From the human T2T-CHM13v2.0 reference genome, Homo sapiens, in NCBI RefSeq assembly GCF_009914755.1, contig NC_060947.1: a DNA stretch of 64,000 bases. One strand, 5' to 3'. Position numbers and translations under genes: made by a program. The notes under the pieces are model-generated. The model had not been told where the DNA came from and searched no databases. It worked only from the letters and a program-made list of their open reading frames with translations. This document shows positions 42,464 through 54,749 of the stretch, in pieces (the stretch's first letter is position 1; each line of letters opens with the position of its first letter).

Positions 42464-42535
42464 AGACAACACAGAAGATTCCATAAAAAAAAAAACCGCT
42501 AAAATGTATTCAAAAGATTTCAGGATGCAAAATAA

Positions 42536-42870
<335 letters not shown>

Positions 42871-43076
42871 TAACAATTAATAATCAAAAAAGGAAACTGA
42901 GAAAACAATTCTACAATCAATAGCATCAAAATAAATACTTGTAAATAAATCCAACTGAGGAGTTTAAAGACTTGTACATTAAAAATTATAAAACATGGCT
43001 GTAATAAATTAAAAGAGACACAAATAAATATATATCCTATGTTCATGGATTGGAACATTTAATTTTGTTCAAATGT

Positions 43077-43434
43077 TATCATGGACTGAATGTATGCATG
43101 CAAAATTTATATGTGGAAATATTAACCCCCTAAGTGATGGTACTAGAAGTTGGGGCCTTTGGTAGGTGATTAGGTCATGAGAATGGAGCCCTGATAAAAG
43201 GTATTAATATTTTTGCAAGAGACCCCAGAGAGCTCCCTTGTTCCTTTCACCATGTAAGGACACAGCTGGAAGACCATTATCTAAACCAAGAAGAAGGCTC
43301 TCATTAGACACTGAATCTGCTGGCATCTTGATCTTGAACTTTTTAGTGCCCAGAACTGTGAGAAATAAAATTTTGCTGTTTATTCAGCCAAGTGTAATGT
43401 ATTTTCATTCTAGAAAACAAAGCTGAGTAAGACA
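43077..43434 (+). mobile_element. MLT1A-like MaLR solo LTR
   Basis: atggactgaatgt...ggggcctttggtaggtgattaggtcatgag...taagaca; TSD aatgt/gatgt; L1 ORF2 resumes afterwards. Confidence 0.88.
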
Positions 43435-44537
43435 GATGTCAATACTACCCAAAGCAACCTACAGATAAAATGTAATCCCTATCAAAAACCAATAGTATTA
43501 TTTGCAAATGTGGAAAAATACATTCTAAAATTAATATGTATTCTCAAGGGACCCTGAATAGCCAAAAGAATATTCAAAAAAAACTGTTGGGGAGTCTTAC
43601 ATATTCTGATTTTAAAAACAATTATAAGACTACACTAATTATAACAGTTTATGGTACTTGTGTAAAGACAGACATATAGACAAATACAGAGCCCAGAAAT
43701 AACCTTCACATATATGGTAAAATAATTTTTGACAAGCATGTCAAGACTGTTTGTTGGGAAAAGTATATTCTTGTCATCAAAAGGTGCTGTGAAAATAGGA
43801 TATACACATTCAAAGCAATAAAGTTGTACCCTTACCTTATACCTATACAAAAATTAAGGTTTAAGGCACTAAACATAAGAGCTAAAACTGTAAAACTCTT
43901 ACAGAAAAACATAAGGGCAAGTCTTCATGACATTGGACTTGGTGATAATCTCTTGGATATGATACTAAAATTATATGCAACAAAAGCAAAAATAAACAAA
44001 TGAGACTACGTCAAAATCGAGGTCTACACAGCAAAGGACACAATCAACAGAGTGAAAAAATCAACCCACAAATATGAGAAAATATTTGAAGATTATATAT
44101 CTGATAAGGTGTTAATATCCAGGATATATGAGTTGCCACACTCAATAGTAAGTACGTGAAATGGTTTCTAATCATTAGAGAAATGCAAATTAAAACCACA
44201 ATGTAATGTCACTTCACACCCCTTAGGATTTTTACTCTAAAAAAATTACAATTGTTGGAAATTATGTGGAGACATTGGAGCCTTTGTGCACTCTTGGTAA
44301 TAACGTAAAATTGTACATCTGCTATGGAAAACAGTATGGTGGTGCTTCAAAAAATTAAAAATAAAATTACCATATAATACTGCAATTTCACTTCCAAATA
44401 AATACCCATAACAATTGAAAGCAGGTTCTCAAAGGGACATTTGTACACCCATGTTTATAGCAGCATCATTCACAATAACCAAAATGTGGAAGCAACCCAA
44501 GTGTTTGACAGATGAATGGATAAACAAATTATGGTAT

Positions 44538-44895
44538 TCTCTTAGTCTGTCTGGGTGCTATAACAATATATTTTAGTGTGGGTAATTTATAAGCCATAGA
44601 AATGTATTACTCACAGTTCTGGAGGTTGGGAAGTTTAAGATCAAGGCAGATTTGGTATCTGGTGAGAGCATAATCTCTGCTTCATAGATGGTGCATTCTT
44701 ACTACATCTTCACATGGAAGAAGGAGCAAACAATCTCCATCAGTACTTTTTAATAAAGGTACTAATCACATTTATAAGAACAGAGCCCTGCTGACCTAAT
44801 CACCCACCAAAGGTCTTACCTATTAATACTATAACACTGGGAATTATGTTCCAATGTATAAATTTGGGAGGAACACAAACATTCAGACCATAGCA
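44538..44895 (-). mobile_element. MaLR LTR (MSTC/MSTD/MLT1A-like)
   Basis: cttagtctg...tcacagttctggagg...acattcagaccatagca. Confidence 0.88.
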
Positions 44896-46180
44896 TTCTG
44901 GCTCTGGCCCCACAAAATTTGTGCCCTACTCACATGCAAATTACATTCATTGTTATCCCCCAAATTACAAAAGTTTTAGCTCATTCTAGCATCAACTCAA
45001 AATTCCAAAGTTCATAGTCTTGCCTAAATCCATCTAAATTGGATAGGGTTGAGACCCAAGATACAATTACCCTCCAGACATCCTGAGGCAAAGCCCCATC
45101 CACCTGTGAGCCTGTGAACTCAAACAGGTTATGTGCTTCCAAAATTTCATACGGAAAAGGCACAGGATAGACATTCTCATTCCAAAAGGGAGAAATAGAA
45201 AATAAGTAAGGGGGCAACAGGACTTAAGTCCAAAATCACAAAGTAAAACAATATTAAATATTAATTATTGAGAATTATCTTTTTTACTTTATGTCCTTCC
45301 TTCTGGACACACTGGGGTAGGGATTGGGCCCCAAAGGCTGTCATAGCAGCTCCCCATGGCAGTACTCATGGGTTGGAGTTGTGTACCTGTAGCTCTTCTA
45401 GGCTGGGGTTGCATGTTATTGTCACTACTAGTCTGAGATCTCACAGGCAGCCTCAGCTCCACTAGGCATTTCTATAGCAGGAGGTTCTCTGGTAGCCCCA
45501 CCCCCATGACTGTACTTGGAATTGCCTTATTGGGGCTTCTGTATAGTGGCACCACCCCTGTGACAGTTCTCTGCTTGGGCCACAAGACTCTCTGGGGCAT
45601 CTTTTGAAATCTAGGTGGAGGCAACCATGACCTTACAGCTCTTGCAACTCTACATTCTGGTGGAGATAACATTGGATGGATGTCACCAAAGTTAACCATT
45701 TTACCCTCGAGAGGAGGGGCTACTATGGCTTATACCACACCAAAGCCCACTGGAGTCATACCTGGGGTAGAGTGCTGAGCCAGCATGTGGAGAGAAGAGA
45801 CTTGATGCAGTATTGAACAACTAGTGCTGAGGTCCTACTGAAGCTCCTCTTTTGACATAGTTCTGTCCGTCGGCCTTGGCACTCTGAAACTGTGATGGAA
45901 ATGGCAATCAGTGATCTTGAAAATGCCTTCAAGGCCATTCTTCCATTGCCTTGTTGAATAACACCCAGCTTCAACTCATCCATATTAGTCACCTTATAAA
46001 ATGGGAACTTGGTTATAGCCTTGGGGGGTCTCTCCAAAACATGATTTGTCATTTTTTACAACATGGAGAGGGTGAAAATTTTCCAAATATTTTAAGCTAT
46101 GCTTTCTTATTGATTACAAATCCCATCCAATCATTCCTCTCTTTACACATTTTACTATAAGCAATCAAGAGAAGCCACAC
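44896..46180 (-). mobile_element. MaLR internal sequence (MST/MLT-int), truncated, no second LTR
   Basis: Directly follows the LTR; ctcacatgcaaa, cctgaggcaaag, ttgaaatctaggtggaggc, aatgccttcaaggcc. Confidence 0.8.
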
Positions 46181-46743
46181 CCAGCTAACAGACATATGAG
46201 AAATTGCTTGATATCATTAGTCATTAGGAAAAGAAAATTAAAACCATAATGAGGTATTACTTCATACCTGTTAGAATGGCTATTATAAAAAAAAAGTAAA
46301 AGATAACCAGTGTTGGTGAGTATCAGAGGAAAGATAACTCTGTACACTGCTTTTAGGAATGCAAATTATACAGCCTTTATGAAAAACAGTACAGATGTTC
46401 TTCAAAAAAACAAAAAAATAGTATTACCATATGATCCAGCAATCACACTACTGGATATATAGCCAAAAGAATTGAAATTAACATGTTGAAGAAACATCTA
46501 CACTCCCATGTTTATTGCAACATTATTCACAATATCCAAAATATAAAATCAACCCAAGTTGCTATCAGTAAACTAATAGATAAAAAAAAGTGCGATGTAT
46601 ATACAGGGTGGAATATTATTAGCCATTAAAAAGAAAATTCTTTCATTTGCAACAATGCGGGTGGACACAGAGGATATTATCCTAAGTGAAAGAAGCCATG
46701 CACATAAAGACAAATACCAATTAATCTCCTATGTGGAATCTAG
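46181..46743 (+). mobile_element. Second L1M ORF2 C-terminal fragment
   Basis: aacagacatatgag...aaaaccataatgag...atgatccagcaatc...ILSFATMRVDTEDIILSE. Confidence 0.85.
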
Positions 46744-47012
46744 GTACCTACAAACGTTCTGCAGGAGATTCAACAGTGGGCTTTACAAAAAAATAATGTC
46801 AAGAACAAAAGCACCAACTGTCTTTCAGGGAGCTGCTACCTCTGACACACTCATGTGTGTCATGAAAGTGGGGGAGTCAAGAAGCTCTTTATAGAATGGT
46901 TAACTTCATTATAATACTCATTCAGCACTAATGCAGGAAGTGAACAGCTATCACTACCCACCATAACTGTCTGTCAACACTCATGAGCTGCTGAGTAGAA
47001 ACTGGATGGCAG

Positions 47013-47013
<1 letters not shown>

Positions 47014-47062
<49 letters not shown>

Positions 47063-47082
47063 GAGAGAGAGAGAGAGAGAGA
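47014..47082. repeat. Compound (CA)n(GA)n microsatellite
   Basis: About 23 AC units followed by about 11 GA units. Confidence 0.98.
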
Positions 47083-47499
47083 TTTAACACTTCAAGAATT
47101 TGATTGCCAGCAGCAATCACCAAAGCAGTATATAAATGTCCCCTGATTCATTTTCCTCTTCTAAATTTTTCAGGCAACACGTAACAGTCAGTATCAAATT
47201 TACTTATATAACTTTAGTGTAAAAGGGGTCTTGATATAGAGTCATTAGTTGTCTAGCCTCAGCATACTAGAAGGAAACTTAAATGGGCATTTAGACCAAA
47301 TTATACATGTCAATAATAATATACTAAAAAAAGTATGTTTTTATGGCTATTCTTTATACCAAGTTAAGTGCATATGTTATATTCTCATAGCCAGGCCATA
47401 AAAGCAACCTGATCAATTATCTTAGATTTTATTTAAGAAAAATATTGTTTTACAGACTTAGACTTACATGAAGTCTTAGGTGTCAATTAGTATAAATTA

Positions 47500-48030
47500 T
47501 CTATTAGTCAATAACAAAGTACCCCAAAACTTAGTATTTTAATGCAATAATCACTTATTATTTCTCAAGGTTTCACATGTTGACTGAGTGGTTCTTCTAG
47601 AGTTGCCTGGCCTCATTCTCATGGATACAGTCAGATGGCAGATTATCTAGTGCCAGATGATTTAAGATGACCTCCCTCATATGTCTATAGACTCAACTGG
47701 GATACCTGGTATAATTGGGATGTCTTGACATCTCATTACATGTGGCCTACTATCCCAAGATTTTTATAGCCTTTTGTCTCAGAGTCACAAAATGTTAAAT
47801 ACAGAAGTGTTAAGGTCTTATGAAGTATAGACTCAGAATAGGCACGACATCACTTCCCTAACAATCCATCAGGCAAAGTAAGTCATAGGAGCAACCCAGT
47901 TTTAAGGAGAAGAATAAGTAGACACCACTTCTTAATGGGAGGAATGCAAATGTCACATTATTTTAGGAAAGGATAAAATAGACTCTTGTTCTCAATGGAA
48001 AAAAATGGCAATGTCACATTGAAAAACATT
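47500..48030 (-). mobile_element. Old MLT1 (G/H-like) LTR
   Basis: ataacaaagtaccccaaaacttagt...catcacttcc...aagtcatagg...ttaatgggagga. Confidence 0.65.
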
Positions 48031-48149
48031 CACTATAGAAAATATTGTCACAATGATTCATATGTTTCAAGATCCATTTGACACATGGATGATTGAATTT
48101 ATAATTTTAATGTAAATATTGAGATTTGAGAATATCAGGATATACAGAT

Positions 48150-48672
48150 TGTGATGGTTATTATTGGTTGTTAACTTGACTGGATTGAAGGATGCCTATA
48201 TGGTTGACAAAGTAATCTTTCCGGGTGTGTCTGGGTGTTGCCAGAGTAGATTGACTGACACCTGGGAGAGGAAGACACCCTCAATGTGGGTGGGAAGCAT
48301 CCTGTGCAAATAGAACAAAGCAGGTGGTGAAAATGGGATAAAGAGCATGCTGAGTTTTCTCAAACTCTCTCTTTGCCTTTGATGGATGCTTTGCTTCCTT
48401 TCCTCCTGCTCTTGTACATCAGACTCCTCGTTCTTCAGGTTTTGAACTCCAAAATTTGCACCAGTGGCCTCCCAGGGACTCTCAGACTGAGATATACACT
48501 GTTACCTTCCCTAGTTTTGAAGCTTTTGGATTTGGACTGAGCCACTACCAGCTTCCCTATTTCCCTAGTTTGCAGAGATCCTATTGTGTAAGCCAATTCT
48601 CCCTAATAAACTTCCTTTTATAATATATATGTATTATTTTTTCTGTCCCTCTTGAGAACCCTGATTAACTCA
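48150..48672 (+). mobile_element. MLT2 (ERVL) solo LTR
   Basis: tgtgatggtta...aacttgactggattgaaggatgcc...tctgtccctcttgagaaccctgattaactca. Confidence 0.9.
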
Positions 48673-48824
48673 CACGTGGTTCTAAACTTATAATGGTTCA
48701 ATTTATAATTTTTTCATTTTATGATGGGTTTATCAGGGTATTAAATGCATGTTTGACCTCTGATATTTTCAGCTTATGATGAGTTTATTAGGACATAACC
48801 TCATCATAAATTAAGGAATATCTG
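48673..48824 (-). mobile_element. MER47-like (Tigger5-derived) element whose terminal bases (cagat, 48145-48149) were split off by the MLT2 LTR
   Basis: ggttctaaacttataatggttcaattt...gtattaaatgcat...ggaatatctg|ta. Confidence 0.7.
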
Positions 48825-49976
48825 TATATGAATATGATATTTAAAGTGAGTACATTTAGATTCTGACCATTTATAAGTTTGGAAATATCTGAGAAGAAGT
48901 AGGCTTATAATATCATTTCACTTATATCTTCTCATGATCACTGCCAAAAAACTTATCTATCAGAATAATGGGCCTTATATTTTAGACGTTTTAGTATTTT
49001 AAAAATTAATGGAGTCCAAATTTAACATGACATATACCAAATTCAATGATATTATGAGCATAATTTTGTGTATGTTGTTTTGATTTTAATTTTAGCATTC
49101 TCTTGGAAATTTATTGATAGTTATTCACTCCTCTTTTCCTCCCTGAATACATTCTATATCTTAATACAAATTATTTTTGTATCACAAATTCTAGAGGATC
49201 CGGGAAAGACAGCTAACTAGATGCAGCTGGGAAGTGCCAATCCCACAGAGAGAGACCACAATTTTTATTACACCAACACAATTTGAACAGATCTTGAACT
49301 GAAAATGTCAAATGTGGATGGAGAAAAGGTGTGGACACTGAGGCTGAAGAGGAAGGAAGTTGGGAACCCCGCATGGGGTGTCTGAGTGCTATGACTTGTT
49401 CCCAGTCCCAAATGATGCCTGGGAAGGGATGAGTGAAGGGAATGGGGGCTCCTCATCCTCACTTTGTACCTCTGGGATACTCAGTGCAGGGGAACCCACA
49501 GCCCCATAGACAAGTTGACAGCGGATCTCCCCAGAGATTATATTGAGGTGGAGCTGCAGCAGGTGAGAAGCCAGAGATGTTTGAGTTTGGGTCAGCTCTG
49601 GCGGAGGTTCGCCATAAGCTCCCACACCCCAGGGCTGCGCATCTTACTCTGAGAGGTCCTGGGCACAGCTAAAACTGCCTAGGAAAAAGCAGGGCCTGTT
49701 TCCACACAGGACTGGGGAACATCTGTCCTTTAGGCCCATCCTCTCACTAGACCCTCCCAGGAATTCTGTCTTGCTGCCCCATTGGGGTGTGTATGCAATA
49801 GAGACTCCACTGCTCAGCCTGGTTGCTTTCTCCACCCGAGTGCATTCTGGTAGCCTGGGAGCCCTTTGGATCTCCCCACTGCATTTAGAATCTAACCCCA
49901 AGCATATGGGGGAGTAAGTTGCAAGCAGGTCCTGACACCCCAGGGCTGTGGCCTGCAGCTCAAACGTGCTGAGTTA

Positions 49977-50550
<574 letters not shown>

Positions 50551-50995
50551 CTAGCCCTTACACCACATAACAGAGCTGAAAATATAAAGATACGCAATGA
50601 AACATCATGGCTGGGTAAGAGCTTATCTATTTCCCATTGCTCCCAAGAGCCATACACTGGATTGCTGCCAAAACTAGAACATCAAAAATTACTAATAATT
50701 ATCACACACTGTGAAACCGAGAGCAAAAATTCAATAACAAAGACCCTGTAGAGTCTTAGCTCTGTGAAAACTTCCAGAAATGAAACCAACCGAGTATACT
50801 CAATTTACACCACAATTAAGGCAATACTACCCTGCCCGATGAGAAAAAACAATGCAGGAACTCTGGCAAAAAACAAACAAACAAACAAACAAACAGGTTG
50901 TCCCCTTACCTCCACATAAGCCCACTAGATCCAGAGCAATGTTTATTAACTAGTCTAAATTGTCTGAAATGATAGACATAAAAATCAGACTGTTG

Positions 50996-51798
<803 letters not shown>

Positions 51799-51803
51799 GA
51801 TTT

Positions 51804-51821
51804 TGGTACCAGAAGTGGTTC
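51804..51821 (+). promoter_or_regulatory. Primer-binding site (tRNA-Leu type)
   Basis: tggtaccagaagtggttc just after the 5' LTR; complementary to a tRNA-Leu 3' end (...CCACTCCTGGTACCA) with a mismatch. Confidence 0.8.
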
Positions 51822-52099
51822 TAGAGGAACAGAATATTAAGTATGGACTTCTTTCATTGGTTTTGGGGTTCCTAAGTTGGCTGCTTAAGATGATTAGACC
51901 CCAAAATACTAAGGACTGTATTTCTCATAGTATGGAGAACACTGATAGTCCTTGATGTGAACTGTTTAGAGAGTTATGCAAAATAAATGCATTTGGCACT
52001 CCTGATTCACTGCTCATGAGAAGCAAAGAGTTTAGTGACTCTATACATAATATCTTTGACCGTATGTGGAGAACAAAAGAACATAATGAAACTGGTTAA

Positions 52100-52624
52100 T
52101 TGCTCCTAAATTCAGTGTACAAAATGATGAAAGAAAATGATGAGCTCAGAATTTCTAACTCCTGGCTTCAGAAGCAGATACTTAGCCTCAAATCTGCTAA
52201 GATTACCCTGAGTGAGAGTCTTAACTCCTGTAGAGAAAGAGCTGAAATTGTGGAAAAACAGACACAAGCTCTTATCATGCGAGTGGCTGACCTGCAGCAA
52301 AAGGTGCATGCAAAACCTTGCCACGTGTCTACTGTTAAATTGAGGGCATTGACTGAAAAAGAATGGGACCCTGCAACATGGAATGGGAACGTGTGGGAGG
52401 ACACTGACGAAGCACATGAACAAAGTGGCCATGGTGGCAGGGATGGAGGTTATACATGGGCTCAGCCACATGGACTTCCAGTTACCCAGGCTGACCTGGC
52501 TATGGCCAAGTGCCCAGTTTGTCAGCAGCAGACACCAACACTGAGCCCTGGATATGGCACGATTCCTCCGGGTGATCAGCCAGCTACCTGGTGGCAGGTT
52601 GATTATACTGGACCTCTTCTATAA
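52100..52624 (+). pseudogene. HERV-L gag/integrase fusion reading frame (174 aa)
   Basis: Gag coiled-coil segment in frame with the integrase HHCC domain; ends at premature stops (taatag). Confidence 0.75.
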
Positions 52625-53122
52625 TAGAAAGGGCAGAGGTTTGTCCCCACTGGAATAGACACTTATTCTGGATATGGATTTGCCTATCCTGCACACAATG
52701 CTTCTGCCAAAATGACCATCTGTGGACTCACGGCATGCCTTATCCACCATCATGGTATTCCACACAGCATTGCCTCTGATCAAGGCACGCACTTTACATC
52801 TAAAGAAGTTCAACAATGGACTCATGCTTGAGGAATCCACTGATCTTACCGTGTGCCATCATCCTGAGACAGCTAGATTGATAGAATGGTGGAATGTCCT
52901 TTTGAAGTCACAATTACAATGCCAACTAGGTGACAATACTTTGCAGGGCTGGGGCAAAATTCTCCAGAAGGTCCTGTATGCTCTGAATCAGCGTCCAATA
53001 CATGGTATTGTTTCTCCCACAGCAAGGATTCATGATTCCAGGAATCGAGGGGTGGAAGTGGAAGGGGCACCACTCACTATCACCCCTAGTGACTCACTAG
53101 TAAAATTTTTCTTCCTGTTCCT

Positions 53123-53626
53123 GTGACATTACGTTCTGCTGACCTAGAGGTCTTAGCTCCAGAGGGAGGTACGCTGCCACCAAAAGAAACAACAATGATT
53201 CCATTAAACTGGAAGTTAAGATTGCCACCTGGACACTTTGGGCTCCCCCTACCTTTAAGTCAAAAGGCTAAGAAGGGAGTTACAGTGTTGGCTGGGGTAA
53301 ATGACCCAGAATATCAAGGTGAAATCAGTCTACTACTCCACAAGGGAGGTAAGGAAGAGTATATATGGAATACAGGAGATCCATTAGGGCATCTGTTGGT
53401 GTTAACATGCCCTATGGTTAAGCTCAATGGGAAACTACAACAGCCCAATCCAGGCAGAACTACAAATAACCCAGACTCTTTAGGAATGAAGGTTTGGGTC
53501 ACTCCACCAGGAAAAAAACCACGACCTGCTGAGGTGCTTGCTGAAGGCAAAAGGAATACAGAATGGACAGTAGAAGAAGTTAGTCATCAATACCAGCTAC
53601 TGTCACATGGCCAGCTGCAGAAATGA
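53123..53626 (+). pseudogene. HERV-L dUTPase-containing open frame (167 aa, GTG start)
   Basis: SADLEV...IPLNWKLRLPPGHFG...GVTVLAGVNDPEYQGEI matches retroviral dUTPase motifs. Confidence 0.85.
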
Positions 53627-53906
53627 GGACTCTGATTTTCATGACTATTTTCTCTTTCTTTTGTTGAAAACATGTTTGTGAATGTATGCACTTCTAAGAA
53701 AATATTTTCCTTTTTGTTTCCTTTTTCCTTTATCATGTGACATAAGATTTATTAACTTCATATCAGCATTTAAGTATTGTTAACTTTATGTAATAGCATT
53801 TGGGTTGGGGATTGGTGCATTTCCAGTTGTATGAAGGATAAATATATTATGTTAGGCATAAATATGACCATAACGTGTATGGTTTCAAGTTGACAAGGGG
53901 TGAACT

Positions 53907-54749
53907 TGTGATTGTTAATACTGAGTGTCAACTTGTTTGGATTGAAGGATGCGAAGTATTGATCCTGGGTGTGTCCGTGAGGGTTTTGCCAAAGGAGATT
54001 AACATTTGAGTCAGTGGGCTGGGAAAAGTACCCCCACCCTTAGTCTGGGTGTACACCATCTAATTAGCTGCCAGGGCAGCTGGAATATAAAGCAGGCAGA
54101 AAAATGTGAAAAGACTAGACTGGCCTAGCCTCCCAACCTACATCTTTCTCCAGTGCTGGATGCTTCCTTCTCTCAAACATTGGACCCCAAGTTCTTCAGT
54201 TTTGGGACTCGGATTGGCATTACTTGCTCCTCAGTTTGCAGATGGCCTATTGTGGGACCTTGTGATCATATGAGTTAATACTTAATAATCTCCCACATAT
54301 ACAGATACATATATATATCTTATATCTATATATATATAGGATAGATCCGATATCTATATATATATCGATATATATATCTTGATAGATATATCTATATATA
54401 TATCTTGATATATATATAGATCTATATATATCGATATATATAGATCTATATATATCTTGATATATATAGATCTATATATATCTTGATATATATAGATCTA
54501 TATATATATCTTGATATATATAGATCTATATATATATCTTGATATATATATATCAAGATATATCTTGATATATATATATCTATATATATATCGATATATA
54601 TGATTGATATATATATCAATATATATAGATATAGGATCTAGCCTATATCTAGTCTATATCTATATATTATATATATTATATATATCTATATATAAGGATG
54701 TATATATATATATCCTATTAATTTTGTCCCTCTAGAGAACCCTAATACA
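53907..54749 (+). mobile_element. MLT2A1-like 3' LTR with an expanded AT microsatellite
   Basis: Direct repeat of 51351-51798; ends cctaataca; TSD aaact at 54750-54754. Confidence 0.95.
54296..54713. repeat. Palindromic (TA)-rich repeat with tatatcttgata / tatagatctata units
   Basis: Directly visible; many self-complementary subunits (agatct, atcgat, tcaaga/tcttga). Confidence 0.95.

Larger units (their letters stand above)
51799..53906 (+). mobile_element. HERV-L internal region, internally deleted (partial gag, integrase, dUTPase, PPT)
   Basis: gag peptide EWDPATWNGNVWED; integrase HEQSGH...CPVC and WQVDYTGPL; dUTPase; PPT acaagggg before the 3' LTR; only about 2.1 kb. Confidence 0.95.
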
